Part shown: one piece after another, positions 62,793 through 64,000 of the stretch
How positions within the stretch are numbered: the first letter of the stretch is position 1
How the letters are laid out: the number at the start of each line of letters is the position of its first letter
Assembly (NCBI GenBank): GCA_030704615.1
Contig: CM060733.1
Span: 30,442,001 to 30,506,000 of the forward strand
Length of the DNA stretch: 64,000 nt
Direction: 5' to 3'
Source of the DNA: Takakia lepidozioides
Taxonomy: Eukaryota; Plantae; Bryophyta
Notes under the pieces: model-generated
Told to the model about the DNA's origin: nothing
The model's input: only the letters and a program-made list of their open reading frames with translations
Database searches by the model: none
Position numbers and translations under genes: made by a program

Positions 62793-64000
62793 TTTCTTAT
62801 CTAATATACTTTAGCTTAGCCTAAGCCAAGTACCACAAAAATATCTTTGTAATGTTTGAAGCTTGACACTCGGAATTAATTGTTTTTCTAACTTTGAGGT
62901 TGCATACTAGAGTGGTGGGAATATTTAATTGAAAATTTGTATAGGTTCTAAACACTCTCCTATCACCCCTGTCATTCATATTTTTGCAGGAGACTTAACC
63001 CTATAGCCTTAACCCTGTAGTCTAAAATGTAGTTGCTACATTTGAAGCTCAATTAATTGCATTTTCCAGCTTACATGTATGATAGAGTCATCAAGATATT
63101 TACTTGGAAATTCTTACTCTTCCATATGTTTTTAGAAGTACTTTTGTTTATCCGAAACCTTATACCGCAAAACCTCATTCAAATATTTGAAGTTCATTCA
63201 AATCAATTTTTGAGCTTTGGGTATAATACAAATTACAATGGTTAGAATATTATATTGACTTGATTGTTGAATGTTTTAAAAATTATAGGTCATAAACATT
63301 CATGCATATTTTTATGTGGTTCATACTTTTATTTCTTATAAACTTTATGCCCCTAAAGCCTTATATCCATGTTTGAAGCTTCTTAAGAAAGCAAATTCAT
63401 ACTTTGGAATATAATGCATTCTAGGTTGGGATATTTGATTGAAAGCTTTTATAGGTTCCATACACTGTTGATTTGTTTGAAAGTTTTCATTGATATTTTT
63501 GTCCACCTCATATCCATGTTTGAAGCCCAAGTCCTGTTTTTTTTTGTTTTTTTTTGTTTTTTTTTTGCTTTTTCCCTCCCATTTCTAAATTTTTCAGCTT
63601 TAGGGTACAATAGAGTGGGGACGTGGTCAGAACAAATTTTAATCCCAACATGTATAAGATTCAATTAGCTCATTAAAACGATTACTTAGTACTACTTGAT
63701 AGCAATTTTGTATGGAACTTCCTTATAAGCACTTTTCAACCCTTTGTTTACATTGAACAGATTTTTATTTATTTATTGGCTAGTACTAAGCTTTGGGGAA
63801 GTCTATAGAATTTTACGATATTTAATTGAGAGATTTTATATGTCTTAATTACTGTTGTAAATTTATTTGTCATTGAATTGTACCAAATTTGCTTACCCTA
63901 AATCCTAGTATGTCACCCTAAAAATCTTTTTTGATTGTTTGAAGCTCATTATGTTTTTCCCCCCATTGACACACTTTATAATAAGATAAAAGTGATCTGG

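Overview
Eukaryotic, transposon-dense land-plant DNA, probably a non-seed plant (inferred from the TE families and intron style). No intact host gene is evident. The only host-type gene is an intron-containing acyl-ACP thioesterase (FAT) that looks pseudogenised (2.1-4.4 kb, minus). The rest is nested mobile DNA: a Copia remnant, MITEs and non-autonomous CACTA elements with clean TIR/TSD, an Athila-like Gypsy element (42.9-59 kb) carrying a CACTA MITE, a deleted chromovirus and a 4-bp-TSD MITE, an orphan copy of its LTR at 27.4-29.5 kb, and an array of palindromes near 60-61 kb. The most interesting part is 14-41 kb. It looks like a decayed, cargo-laden CACTA/CMC-type DNA transposon containing: a spliced beta-class N4-cytosine/N6-adenine DNA methyltransferase-like gene; kilobase nested inverted repeats upstream of it; divergently oriented TnpD and TnpA; an FCP1/NIF (CTD-phosphatase-like) HAD gene; and an isolated Gypsy integrase GPY/F module. 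Clusters of a GGATGAA motif recur across this region. The element termini could not be fixed, so treating these genes as one element is an inference.
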